Origin: Lachnospiraceae bacterium
GTDB lineage: Bacteria; Bacillota; Clostridia; Lachnospirales; Lachnospiraceae
Direction of reading: 5' to 3'
NCBI GenBank assembly: GCA_051879895.1
Contig: JBJEMX010000006.1
Location: 5,465 to 69,464 of the forward strand
DNA length: 64,000 nt
Positions 1 through 9,688 of this stretch are shown here, piece after piece (the stretch's first letter is position 1; each line of letters starts with the position of its first letter). The position numbers and the translations under genes were made by a program. The notes beneath the pieces were generated by a model that was given only the letters and a program-made list of their open reading frames with translations, did not search any database and was not told where the DNA came from.

Positions 1-277
1 TGTGACAATGTCTGTATTCATCCATCAGACCGTTTTCAAATTCAATCCCTAAGTCCTCGTCCAAATCCTTTTCAATTTCCAAAAGACACTCTTCTCCATC
101 CTTCGTTTCCACAAGCACCTCGATATATGTGTCCTGAATCAGAAACTGATAATCAAAAACATCCTCTATCTCTGTACTGTTCACCGCCACAATCCTGTCT
201 CCCGGTTCCAGTCCCATCTCCCGGGCAATACTGCCCGGCATAACTTCCTTTATAATGTGTCCTTTTTTATTTTTCAT
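1..277 (-). CDS. DUF512-family putative radical SAM protein with N-terminal PDZ-like domain (5' part only, runs off the window)
   Basis: Manual translation from ATG at 277: MKNKKGHIIKEVMPGSIAREMGLEPGDRIVAVN...EDLGIEFENGLMDEYRHCH; matches the recalled N-terminus of DUF512 proteins. Not in the ORF track. Confidence 0.75.
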   Translation of the reverse strand, partial: MKNKKGHIIKEVMPGSIAREMGLEPGDRIVAVNSTEIEDVFDYQFLIQDTYIEVLVETKDGEECLLEIEKDLDEDLGIEFENGLMDEYRHCH

Positions 278-349
278 GGTATGATAGCTTTTCTCCAAAT
301 TTTTTATATTTATCCTGCCTGATACTAAATCTATTTTACTAGAAATTCC

Positions 350-378
350 TTGACGTGTCACTAGCATAATGTTATAAA
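350..378 (+). promoter_or_regulatory. sigma-A-like promoter for prs
   Basis: TTGACG-17 bp-TATAAA; RBS AGGAGG before ATG 415. Confidence 0.55.
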
Positions 379-414
379 ATAATTGTTACAGATGACAAAT
401 TACAGGAGGATATT

Positions 415-1605
415 ATGCCTAATTTACATGAATTAGAAAACGCGATTCCGGTGGCTCCTTTAAAAATCGTTGCCATGCCTTCTGCTGCAAAGCTGGCAGA
501 AAATGTAAACAAATATCTGGTAAGCTTCCGCAAGAGCGTAAATAATAAATTTAAAAACGATCCCGCCTTCCTCGGTTATATAGAGGAAAGCTATCTGACT
601 GATTTTGATGTTCCCCGCTTCGGCAGCGGTGAAGGCAAAGGTGTTTTCCACGAATCCATCCGCGGTAAGGACTTATTTATTATTACCGATGTATGTAATC
701 ACAGCATTACCTATAGTGTAAACGGCTATACCAATCATATGTCTCCTGATGACCATTATCAGGATTTAAAACGTGTGATTGCCGCATGCAACGGCAAGGC
801 TCACCGCATCAATGTTATTATGCCCTTTCTCTATGAAGGCAGACAGCACAGACGCAGCGGCCGTGAATCCTTAGACTGTGCCTTTGCACTGGACGAGCTT
901 GCCTCCATGGGGGTTTCCAATTTTGTAACCTTCGATGCCCACGACCCCAGAGTCCAGAATGCAACTCCCTTAAACGGTTTCGACAACTTTACTCCTCCTT
1001 ATCAGTTCATCAAGGCATTGTTATCTTCCGAAGAAGATTTGATTGTGGACAAGGAGCATCTGGTGGTTATCAGCCCCGATGAAGGTGCTTTAGACCGTGC
1101 TATCTATTTTGCTACCGTTTTGGGTGTGGATACCGGTATGTTCTATAAGCGACGCGACTATTCTACTATCGTAAATGGTAAAAACCCTATTGTAGCCCAT
1201 GAATTTCTGGGTGACAATCTGGATGGTAAGGATGTTATTATTATCGATGATATGATTTCCTCCGGCGAAAGTATGCTGGATACGGCCAAACAGTTAAAGG
1301 CAATGAATGCCAGACGAGTATTTATCTGCTGTACCTTCGGTCTGTTTACAAACGGTTTGAAATCCTTCGATACCGCTTACGAAAAAGGATACTTTGACAA
1401 GGTTGTTACCACAAACTTAAATTATCTGCCACCCGAGCTTTATACTAAGCCTTACTATCTGGAAGCTGATATGAGTAAGTTTACCGCTTCTATTATTGAC
1501 TTTATGAACCATGATGTATCCTTATCAAATACTATGGCTACCACAGAAAAAATGCATGCGATTCTGGAGGCCTACAACCAGCGAAGACCGATAGAAATGC
1601 CCTAA
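415..1605 (+). CDS. prs: ribose-phosphate pyrophosphokinase
   Basis: RFGSGE, SPDEGA and PRPP-binding IIIDDMISSGESM motifs. Confidence 0.93.
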   Translation: MPNLHELENAIPVAPLKIVAMPSAAKLAENVNKYLVSFRKSVNNKFKNDPAFLGYIEESYLTDFDVPRFGSGEGKGVFHESIRGKDLFIITDVCNHSITYSVNGYTNHMSPDDHYQDLKRVIAACNGKAHRINVIMPFLYEGRQHRRSGRESLDCAFALDELASMGVSNFVTFDAHDPRVQNATPLNGFDNFTPPYQFIKALLSSEEDLIVDKEHLVVISPDEGALDRAIYFATVLGVDTGMFYKRRDYSTIVNGKNPIVAHEFLGDNLDGKDVIIIDDMISSGESMLDTAKQLKAMNARRVFICCTFGLFTNGLKSFDTAYEKGYFDKVVTTNLNYLPPELYTKPYYLEADMSKFTASIIDFMNHDVSLSNTMATTEKMHAILEAYNQRRPIEMP

Positions 1606-1630
1606 TCAGAGAGTTTGACGTAAACCAAAA

Positions 1631-1807
1631 GGGGCTGTCGCAAAACCAGGCCGTCCGGCTGCTGTAAAAAGCTTTCCTAAACAGACCCTTGAAAAACGTC
1701 AGCACTTGAATTTTTCAAGTTTTACGCTGAAAAATTCTTAGTACTGTTACGTTTTTCGCGGAGCGAAAGCGTGTCTGTGTGGAAACTTTTTACAACAGCC
1801 GGACGGC
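1631..1807. mobile_element. palindromic MITE/REP-like element, copy 1 (left outer GGGGCTGTCGCA arm plus ~158 bp inner hairpin)
   Basis: 22-bp inverted repeat 1650-1671/1786-1807 (1 mismatch); core is the reverse complement of the core at ~14255-14370 with 1 difference. Confidence 0.85.
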
Positions 1808-3547
1808 TCTTATCTGTGTTGCATAATTTGGACCGGTTACGTCATACTGCATTAACCAGGTATCTTCCTTTATGCCCTGATGATTTCTATGAATGGTCTT
1901 TAAAGCCCTGAAATTTTCCCCACCGGAGCAATCTATTTCATATGCATAACTGCCTGCCTTTATAAGAAATCCCTGTTCCGTAACAGAAGGTTCATATTGT
2001 GTTACCAGATTTTCAACAATATGTCCGCAGCTTTGCATTTGTCCGATATCCTGCATTTGCAATGTAAAAATATCCTCCAGCACAAATGTCCCATCCTTCA
2101 AATCAAATTGCAGGCATCTTCTGATACTGCCTTCACCCTGTAAGCCATATGCCTGCTCCAGGTTCATACAGGTTTTCCCTTTTCCGTCACAACTAAAATT
2201 CACTGCCCGGTACCGCTCTCCTGCTTTCTGCTCCAACCCGTATACCACCGGCAGATTATGTCCCAAGGAACGGCAGCACAATATTTCATAGCGTTCTGCC
2301 CCAAAATATTGTTTCGTATACTCACCCGCTCCCAAATCAGCCAGAATCATATTTCCTTCCGACATATAAAAGAAACTTCCTACATCGTTATGATTGTGCG
2401 GTTCATTATTATGCCCGCCCTTTATAGCTAATACGCAGCCATTTGCACTGGTGCTTACCGACCACTGGGCAGATGGCAGATAAATCTGAAGTTGTTTCCT
2501 GAAAGCTTCCCTTTCCCGCTCTTTTAACTGTGCCAGATAACTTTCCGTAAAAAAGATATCTCTGGACAATATCAGATACCGGTAACAATCGTCTGACTCC
2601 AGATTGGCCGCTGCACTAAAATCCGGAAATTCTACCTCCGGATAATGCATTGCCAGACAGGCCGTCAAACCTACCCGGAATGCATCCCTGCTGTCTGCAT
2701 CAGAAAAGCAAATGGTTCTCCCCTTCGGCAAAAAGCACATCTGCTGAAATAGAGCTATTTTCCGGATTTTTTCACCGGCCAGTAAATTGATTGCACCCCC
2801 GGTATGTTCCCTGAGTAATTCTGCAAACCCTGCATAAAAGCTCAAACCATACGTATAATAATTGATTCCTTCCAGACAGGCACCATCCTCACTGAAGCCA
2901 TCAATATAATTTTCCAATGCCTTACAAATTCTTTCTAACAGAGGCTGTAATACATCCCTCCCCTTTATCAGCCAGATAGCAGCTCCTCCAATGGCTCCGT
3001 TGCAGACTGCACACCAGTTCATACGGCTGTTTTCCCATCCGGCATAAGGAACCTTAGAAGTCATAAAGGGAGTCAGAACCCGCCTGAAAACCTCATTTTG
3101 AATTCGATTTCTGATATCCGCAGATAATGCTTCCCCCAATATCCCCATAATTTCAGCAAGATAAAAGGCTGTCTCTGCCGCAAATAAATCAATGCTTATC
3201 TGCCAGCTCTCACAGTGTCTGTCCACATGTGCAGGCAGTGCCCAACAGTTTTCTTCGCATATGGCAGCCAGTATTTTTTCAAGAGCTTTAATATCCTCTT
3301 CCTTTCTCTCCAAAACCGACAGTATACCGAAAACAGATAGCATTTTTCTTCGTCTGAAATAGACCCGCTCATATTGTATGCGGTTACCTGTTGTTTCAAA
3401 TAAGGCAAATAATTCTTCCGTAAGCTCAGGAATCGGCTCATTACGCAGTTCCTCCCCTGCTTTACGAAGCTCTGCCTTATATTTCTTTAAAAACATTTCC
3501 AACTGTTCAGATATATCCTGCATCCTACATCCTGTCATAGATGTCAT
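1790..3547 (-). CDS. heparinase II/III-family polysaccharide lyase-like protein
   Basis: NW..CNG, EG..Y..YG and GGHNNEPHNHNDVG motifs; no signal peptide; start uncertain (3547/3538/3523). Confidence 0.8.
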   Translation of the reverse strand: MTSMTGCRMQDISEQLEMFLKKYKAELRKAGEELRNEPIPELTEELFALFETTGNRIQYERVYFRRRKMLSVFGILSVLERKEEDIKALEKILAAICEENCWALPAHVDRHCESWQISIDLFAAETAFYLAEIMGILGEALSADIRNRIQNEVFRRVLTPFMTSKVPYAGWENSRMNWCAVCNGAIGGAAIWLIKGRDVLQPLLERICKALENYIDGFSEDGACLEGINYYTYGLSFYAGFAELLREHTGGAINLLAGEKIRKIALFQQMCFLPKGRTICFSDADSRDAFRVGLTACLAMHYPEVEFPDFSAAANLESDDCYRYLILSRDIFFTESYLAQLKEREREAFRKQLQIYLPSAQWSVSTSANGCVLAIKGGHNNEPHNHNDVGSFFYMSEGNMILADLGAGEYTKQYFGAERYEILCCRSLGHNLPVVYGLEQKAGERYRAVNFSCDGKGKTCMNLEQAYGLQGEGSIRRCLQFDLKDGTFVLEDIFTLQMQDIGQMQSCGHIVENLVTQYEPSVTEQGFLIKAGSYAYEIDCSGGENFRALKTIHRNHQGIKEDTWLMQYDVTGPNYATQIRAVRLL

Positions 3548-3584
3548 CCTTCTTTACTGTTCCCTTCCTGTTCCCCGTCAGAGA

Positions 3585-6395
3585 TTATTTCTGTTCATAT
3601 ACCGGGAACGTCAACGTCACCTTAAACAAATCGCCATCCAGATAGATTTCAAAGCTTCCCTTTTGCAGCTCGGTCAGATTCTTTGCAATAGAGAGTCCCA
3701 GTCCACTGCCTTCCGTACTTCTGGACACATCTCCTCTAATAAAACGTTCCGTCAGTTCATCTGCTTTTATATTCAGCCGCTGGGACGATATATTTTTCAA
3801 AGAAAGGGACACCTTCCTTCCTTCTTCCGTCAGCATCATATCCAGATAAATTCTGGTGCCGCCTAATGCGTATTTATAAATATTATTTAAAAGGTTTTCC
3901 ATCACACGCCAGATACGTCTGCTGTCCGCTTCAATATATACCGGTTCTTCATGGACAGTCATTACAACCTGCAGACCTTTTTGCTCGAATTTCTCAGAGA
4001 ATTCACCCAATGACTGCTGTAATAACTCCGTCAGGTTAATTTTTTCCATAACTAACGTAATATTTCCGGAAGATATTTTAGAGGCTTCCACCAAATCATC
4101 CGTCAACTGCTTTAATCTCTGGGATTTTGCGTCCAATACCGCAATATAGCCTTTCACAGGCTCTTCCTCTATCTGCTCCCGCTTTAACAAATCCACATAG
4201 TTAATGATAGAGGTCAAAGGTGTTTTGATATCATGGGATACATTTGTAATCAAGTCTGCTTTCAGCCTTTCATCCTTCATAGATGTTTCCACAGCCGCCT
4301 TGATTCCTTCTCCGATGCTGTTTACCGCCTCTGCCAGTTCTTTATTCTCTCCATACATTCCTTCAAGAGGTATCTGGTAATCCAGTTCTCCTCCTCTAAT
4401 CCGTGCAATTCCCTCTACAATCCCCTCTCTTTTCATATGGCTATGGAACCAGAAATACAGTATCATACTATCTGCTCCACCGATTATACAAAGCATTATC
4501 AGCACATCCAAGCTGCTGCCATAGTGCCATACTTTATAAACCAGACAACCGAATACAAAATTCAAAAGCAAAATACCGCCTGCCAGCACGATACATCTAA
4601 ACACCATACCCCCATTATTGTATATGGTCAGCATAGCCTTTTTAACAGCCCTGCCAGTTCTTAATACAACCTCATTCCAGAACAAATACAGAAGACTTCC
4701 TTTAACAAGTACTCTTCCTTTTATTCTTCTTAAAAAACTATACCAGAACAGACTAAACACCATGCTGCAAAGCATCCCGAAGGTACCTGCAGCCAGCACA
4801 ATCTGTATTCGGCTGTTAAATACCTGTTCTTCCACTATTCCTTCATAAAGGAAACGAACTCCCAATGCCATTCCGTAAAGAATAAGTACCCCTAAGCCGA
4901 CAGCTATTTCCGTATAAATCTCGTCAAACCAATGCAGTCCAAACACGGAATCCTTCTTTTCCCCTCTTTCCTTCCGCCAGCCGGTCATAACGCTTAGGAA
5001 GAAAAATAAACCTATCCATATTATGATTGTAAAAATCGCAGCTATTAGCAGAGCATAAGCAAAAGGTCGTACAGTTTCATATGCTTCTGCTGCCTCTGCA
5101 AAGAAATCTTCTGCCGGATATGTCGTATCCACAGCCAGCCATATTTCTGCCGTTTCCGGATATGCATATTCATATCTGGAGAAGGCGTCAAATACCCCTA
5201 TTTCCTCAATAATTCCCGTGTTAGATTCAAATGTCATTGTCTGAGGGCGATAAATAACATATTTTCCATAATTATTCCTGAAAAATGCATCCAGTTCTTC
5301 AACAGAACCTTCCTTCAGGTTTTTTACTTCTGCTAAATCTGCCAGATTGCTGACACTTACTTTTTCTCCCATCATAGTCATATTGAATGCATAGGCTATG
5401 TTGGTCGCACCTGTTTCATACCGTTCCTTAAAGTCCTGGTATTCTCCATAATTGTAGGCAAGATCATAAACTGCCTGCTCCACATAAACGACCAGAGTCC
5501 AATATTCCTCCCAGTCTGCTGCAATGGAAAGCAGTTTTTGTCCATCGGCGGTTTCATATCTCTCATGTAATAAATTGACTTCTACCAAAAGTCCGCCTAA
5601 CGAATCTGTATAAATTCTGGCTACCAGGCCGGGATTTTTTTCTACAATATCCAAAAGTGCCTGATGCATCTGGTTAATGGAATACGTTTTCTCCTTCTTG
5701 TCATTCTCATATGTCGCAGATTCATTCAGAGTACTATCCGCGTACGCTTCCTCTGTGCCGACTTCCTCTGTATCATATACTTCTATTGTGACGTCCCCTG
5801 CATCATATACTTCTATTGTGAGGTCCTCTGCTTCCGCATTTGCTTCACTCCATGTCCCTGACAAATAATTCTGCAGACTTCTCTTTTCTTTCTCCGTTAA
5901 AATACCATCATACGAATATACCTTATCTGCCCCAAACCAGGTAACGAATTCCTCCTCCGATATCACCATGCTTTCATAATAAACACCATATCTTTCCCAT
6001 TTAAGTAAATCTTCCAGACAGTACTCTGCAGTTACGGTATCACATGCAGTATTTGTTTTTCTGTTTGCAAATGCCCTGACATCAATTGTTTTCTTTCCGT
6101 CAAATTTTCCGTCTGTCTCAAGCTGGCTTTTCGCTACATTATAACGGATAATTTCCTGCAATGCACTCATAAGCATCTGGTCAAAGGTACTGGTTTCTTC
6201 AAACTTATCTTCCTTTGAAAACAGATTCATTTCAAAGGTTTGTTTATATATTCCCGAATCGGTTCCTGCCCTTACTCCTGTCACCGAATAAGCAATCAAT
6301 GCTACAATGCATACTGTCAGCAAAAATGCCATCAGCTGCTGTAAGCCATGAAACAATATGCTTCCGCCTTTTGTCAATCCACCGTGCTTTCTCAA
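3585..6395 (-). CDS. membrane sensor histidine kinase with large extracytoplasmic domain
   Basis: H-box NVSHDIKTPLTSI, N-box ENLLNNIYKY, G2-box GSGLGLSIAK; several TM segments. Confidence 0.92.
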   Translation of the reverse strand: MRKHGGLTKGGSILFHGLQQLMAFLLTVCIVALIAYSVTGVRAGTDSGIYKQTFEMNLFSKEDKFEETSTFDQMLMSALQEIIRYNVAKSQLETDGKFDGKKTIDVRAFANRKTNTACDTVTAEYCLEDLLKWERYGVYYESMVISEEEFVTWFGADKVYSYDGILTEKEKRSLQNYLSGTWSEANAEAEDLTIEVYDAGDVTIEVYDTEEVGTEEAYADSTLNESATYENDKKEKTYSINQMHQALLDIVEKNPGLVARIYTDSLGGLLVEVNLLHERYETADGQKLLSIAADWEEYWTLVVYVEQAVYDLAYNYGEYQDFKERYETGATNIAYAFNMTMMGEKVSVSNLADLAEVKNLKEGSVEELDAFFRNNYGKYVIYRPQTMTFESNTGIIEEIGVFDAFSRYEYAYPETAEIWLAVDTTYPAEDFFAEAAEAYETVRPFAYALLIAAIFTIIIWIGLFFFLSVMTGWRKERGEKKDSVFGLHWFDEIYTEIAVGLGVLILYGMALGVRFLYEGIVEEQVFNSRIQIVLAAGTFGMLCSMVFSLFWYSFLRRIKGRVLVKGSLLYLFWNEVVLRTGRAVKKAMLTIYNNGGMVFRCIVLAGGILLLNFVFGCLVYKVWHYGSSLDVLIMLCIIGGADSMILYFWFHSHMKREGIVEGIARIRGGELDYQIPLEGMYGENKELAEAVNSIGEGIKAAVETSMKDERLKADLITNVSHDIKTPLTSIINYVDLLKREQIEEEPVKGYIAVLDAKSQRLKQLTDDLVEASKISSGNITLVMEKINLTELLQQSLGEFSEKFEQKGLQVVMTVHEEPVYIEADSRRIWRVMENLLNNIYKYALGGTRIYLDMMLTEEGRKVSLSLKNISSQRLNIKADELTERFIRGDVSRSTEGSGLGLSIAKNLTELQKGSFEIYLDGDLFKVTLTFPVYEQK
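5764..5831. repeat. in-frame 30-bp tandem duplication in the histidine kinase
   Basis: ATCATATACTTCTATTGTGA occurs twice at 30-bp spacing; protein DLTIEVYDAG DVTIEVYDTE. Confidence 0.85.
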
Positions 6396-6409
6396 TCTGC
6401 TCCTTCCTC

Positions 6410-7102
6410 CTACTGCTTGTCTATTTTGTAACCTACTCCCCAGACAACCTTTAAATATCGGGGCTCCTTAGGATTTATTTCGATTTTCTCCCTGATATGA
6501 CGAATATGTACCGCTACCGTATTGTCCGCACCTATAGCCGCCTCATTCCAGATACTTTCATATATCTGGTTAATGGAAAACACCCTGCCGGGATTCTTTA
6601 CTAACAGCAGCAAAATACTGTATTCAATGGGCGTCAGTCTTACCGGTTCATCATCCACCGTCACTTCCTTTGTTTCATCATTTATACATAATCCGCCAAT
6701 ACGGTAAATGGAGCTGCTTTCTGCCTGCATACTGCCGAGCTTGGTATAACGGCGGAGGTTGGATTTTACCCTCGCTACCAATTCCAGCGGATTAAAAGGC
6801 TTGGTCACATAATCATCCGCTCCCACATTCAGCCCCAGAATTTTATCCATATCCTCTGATTTTGCAGAAAGGATAATAATAGGAATGCTGCTGTACTCCC
6901 TGATTTTTAAGGTAGCATGAATACCATCCAGCTTTGGCATCATAATATCCATAATCAGTAAATGAATATCTTCCTTCTGCAACACCTGAATGGCTTCTTC
7001 TCCATCGTACGCCTTAAAAATCTGATATCCCTCATTTTTTAAATAAATCTCTATTGCCTCCGCAATTTCCCTGTCGTCATCACAGACCAGTATATTTGCC
7101 AT
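6410..7102 (-). CDS. OmpR/PhoB-family response regulator
   Basis: Receiver motifs (CDDD, MDIMMP, KPF) plus winged helix ending VWGVGYK; start reassigned to MANIL after a GGAGGAAGG RBS. Confidence 0.93.
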   Translation of the reverse strand: MANILVCDDDREIAEAIEIYLKNEGYQIFKAYDGEEAIQVLQKEDIHLLIMDIMMPKLDGIHATLKIREYSSIPIIILSAKSEDMDKILGLNVGADDYVTKPFNPLELVARVKSNLRRYTKLGSMQAESSSIYRIGGLCINDETKEVTVDDEPVRLTPIEYSILLLLVKNPGRVFSINQIYESIWNEAAIGADNTVAVHIRHIREKIEINPKEPRYLKVVWGVGYKIDKQ

Positions 7103-7181
7103 TTTCCCTTCCTCCCAGAAAATTCTCATATCGTTTTACATAAGCTTCTGCTTTTATTTCCTGCAAACTTTTCATAACCTG

Positions 7182-8018
7182 CTATTTTAACATGAGAAAG
7201 GCTCCCAGATTGCCTCTCTGTCCTTTGCTTGCCCTGTGTGAAAATAATAATTCACTGTTACAACAGGTACAGATATCTGTTACAGTAATCTGATTTTCCA
7301 CAAGCCCTGCCCGCAAAAGGACCTGTTCATTTGCCTTCCACAGGTCAAGCTGGTATTTACCGGGTTCCTTTCCCTCTGTCAATACTTCTCTTCCAAACTC
7401 CTTTAAAAACTGCTCTGCCACATCCTCTGACACTTCATAACAGTCCCGGCAGATAGAAGGACCTACTGCTGCGAGAATATCCTCTTTTTTACAGCCGTAT
7501 TCCTCTGTCATCACAGCAATCATCTTACTTCCGATACGCCCCACCGTACCACGCCAGCCGGAGTGTGCCAGACCAATGACCCTCTTTATGGGGTCTAAAA
7601 AATACAGTGGCACACAGTCTGCATAAAAGGTCGCCAGTACAATCCCCTCTTCATTCGTAACCAGTCCGTCCACATCCGTATAATCCTTATCTCTTACCAC
7701 ACCTTTTCCGCAGTCCTCCCCGGTTACTTTACGGATATTGGTGGTATGAGTCTGGTCTGAACATACTATATCCGAAACCTTACACTCCAATATATCTGCA
7801 ATCCGCCGGTAATTTTCATCCACCGCTTCCTTCCTGTCACCTCTGGTATAGCTAAGATTCATGGTGGAAAAAATTCCTTCACTGACACCGCCGAATCTGG
7901 TAGAAAACAAATGTTTCACCGCACCTGTTGCTTCAAAAGCAGGAATTGTCAGATACATCAGCTCTCCCTGCCTGTTACTCTTCAAAATCTCTGTTTTGCT
8001 TTTTCTGATAAATCCCAT
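7182..8018 (-). CDS. pgeF: peptidoglycan editing factor PgeF/YfiH (laccase-like fold)
   Basis: STRFGGVS, QTH, ADCVP, HSGWRG, GPSI and FSHR motifs. Confidence 0.92.
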   Translation of the reverse strand: MGFIRKSKTEILKSNRQGELMYLTIPAFEATGAVKHLFSTRFGGVSEGIFSTMNLSYTRGDRKEAVDENYRRIADILECKVSDIVCSDQTHTTNIRKVTGEDCGKGVVRDKDYTDVDGLVTNEEGIVLATFYADCVPLYFLDPIKRVIGLAHSGWRGTVGRIGSKMIAVMTEEYGCKKEDILAAVGPSICRDCYEVSEDVAEQFLKEFGREVLTEGKEPGKYQLDLWKANEQVLLRAGLVENQITVTDICTCCNSELLFSHRASKGQRGNLGAFLMLK

Positions 8019-8073
8019 GTCTGCTCCCGGCTTCCGCCACTTTGTTTACTCAAGTCATAATTCCTATCTTTAT

Positions 8074-8439
8074 TTACCGCCCTTGCACATGGGGAAAGGC
8101 ATTCTGAATCCATTCCGTTTTTTCACCCCAGATTCCAACGACATCATATCGTATCTGTGTCTCTAAAGGAATTCGTTTCAGATACCGGTAGTAATCTGCC
8201 GTTTTACAAATACGGCACATTTTTTTATATCCGACTGCTTCCAGCGGATTTTCCAGTGAACCCTCCCTGCGGTATTTCACCTCTACAAACACCAGACAGT
8301 CTCCATCATATCCTATCAGGTCTATTTCTCCCTGCCTGCCATGAAAATTCCGTTCTACAATACGAAAACCCTGTTTTTTCAGATACTCCTCTGCCAATAA
8401 TTCCTTTTCTGTGCCGAGGCTGCGGGGATTGTTCTCCAT
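8074..8439 (-). CDS. yraN: YraN (UPF0102) PD-(D/E)XK-fold protein
   Basis: GEIDLI...LVFVEVKYR...RYDVV; start at MENN after AGGAG. Confidence 0.9.
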   Translation of the reverse strand: MENNPRSLGTEKELLAEEYLKKQGFRIVERNFHGRQGEIDLIGYDGDCLVFVEVKYRREGSLENPLEAVGYKKMCRICKTADYYRYLKRIPLETQIRYDVVGIWGEKTEWIQNAFPHVQGR

Positions 8440-8560
8440 TCTTTGTCTCCTTTTTATTATCACCGCTTATTATCAGTCCTGTTTTATAGCTGTCCGGCAA
8501 ATATCTGCAGGCTCCCTTACTATAATAGTATATTTACAGTAAAAATACCAGTATCAGCAG

Positions 8561-9688
8561 CTAATCCACATAGGTTTTTGTCAGTCTCCCACCCAGTCTT
8601 GAAAGCAATTCATTTGTAATGGTACCTGCCTGTGTCGCCAATTCTGCTGCCGGGATTTCCTCCCCGCCATCCTTTCCGATTAATGTAACAGTATCGCCCT
8701 CATAAGCATCCGGTATCTCCGTGATATCCACAATTGTCTGATCCATACAGATACGCCCTACCACAGGCACCTTTTTTCCTCTGACTATCGCCTGTCCCAC
8801 ACCGGAAAGATTTCTCGGAAGTCCATCCGCATATCCGACAGCCAGTACCGCTACCTTGCGTTTCTCTTTCGCTTCAAAGGTTCTGCCATAGGACACAAAT
8901 TCACCGGGATGTACCTCTCTTATACACCCTATTCTGCACTTTAGGGAAAGTGCCGGCTTTAAAGGTATGCCTAACTCCTCATTGGGATGATTGCTGGGAC
9001 AGCCATACAGTGCAATCCCCGGTCTGGCATACTGCATGCCAAAAAGAGGATAAAATAGCAGGCCATAGCTGCTCTGCATATGCCACAAGAGATTTTCATA
9101 GCCTTTCTTCAAAAGCTTTTCTTTCAGGGACAGGAAAGCTGCAATCTGCTTCTTTGTAAACAGACAGTCCTCTTTTTCTCTACTGTCCGCTACACTCATA
9201 TGGGAATAAATGCCCTCTGTCTGTAAGCCCGGCATATGAAGTACCCGTTCCACTGCTTCGGTATCCTCTACAGGTATTCCCAATCTGTTCATCCCCGTAT
9301 CCACTGCCAGATGTCCCTTGATTTCATAACCGGTGGCTGCCAATGCTTTGGCATGAGCTTCATTCACAATAGTCTGGGTCAGGTCATAGCGGTTTAATAA
9401 AAATGCATCCCTGGGCATGGTATATCCCAATATCAGAATTTCCCCCCTGATATCAGCACTACGCAGGGCAATTCCTTCCTCCATGGAGGCTACTGCAAAG
9501 GCATCGCACCCTTCTCTGCTTAACACCTCTGCAACCCTCACAGCACCATGTCCATAAGCATCCGCTTTGACTACCGCCATGCATTTACAGCCCGCAGGCA
9601 ACAGTTTAAGCAGTTCTCTGTAATTCCATCTTAGGTTTTCTGTTGAAATTTCCAGCCATGCCCTGCCGGGTTTTTCTTTCAGATACAT
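8561..9688 (-). CDS. vanT: PLP-dependent serine/alanine racemase, VanT catalytic-domain type (VanTr-like)
   Basis: AVVKADAYGHG (PLP Lys), VSYG, GRICMDQ; VanT-type HMQSSYG and TITNELLSRLG rather than Alr-type ANSAA / TIxYE. Confidence 0.82.
   Translation of the reverse strand: MYLKEKPGRAWLEISTENLRWNYRELLKLLPAGCKCMAVVKADAYGHGAVRVAEVLSREGCDAFAVASMEEGIALRSADIRGEILILGYTMPRDAFLLNRYDLTQTIVNEAHAKALAATGYEIKGHLAVDTGMNRLGIPVEDTEAVERVLHMPGLQTEGIYSHMSVADSREKEDCLFTKKQIAAFLSLKEKLLKKGYENLLWHMQSSYGLLFYPLFGMQYARPGIALYGCPSNHPNEELGIPLKPALSLKCRIGCIREVHPGEFVSYGRTFEAKEKRKVAVLAVGYADGLPRNLSGVGQAIVRGKKVPVVGRICMDQTIVDITEIPDAYEGDTVTLIGKDGGEEIPAAELATQAGTITNELLSRLGGRLTKTYVD

Noticed and set aside
3585-7102. Calling the TCS vanRS
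   Set aside because: The kinase is 936 aa with a huge sensor region, unlike compact VanS, and it is separated from the van genes by yraN-pgeF; the regulator is generic OmpR-type.
8440-8560. Riboswitch in the vanTr-yraN spacer
   Set aside because: No recognisable aptamer consensus or convincing terminator by eye.
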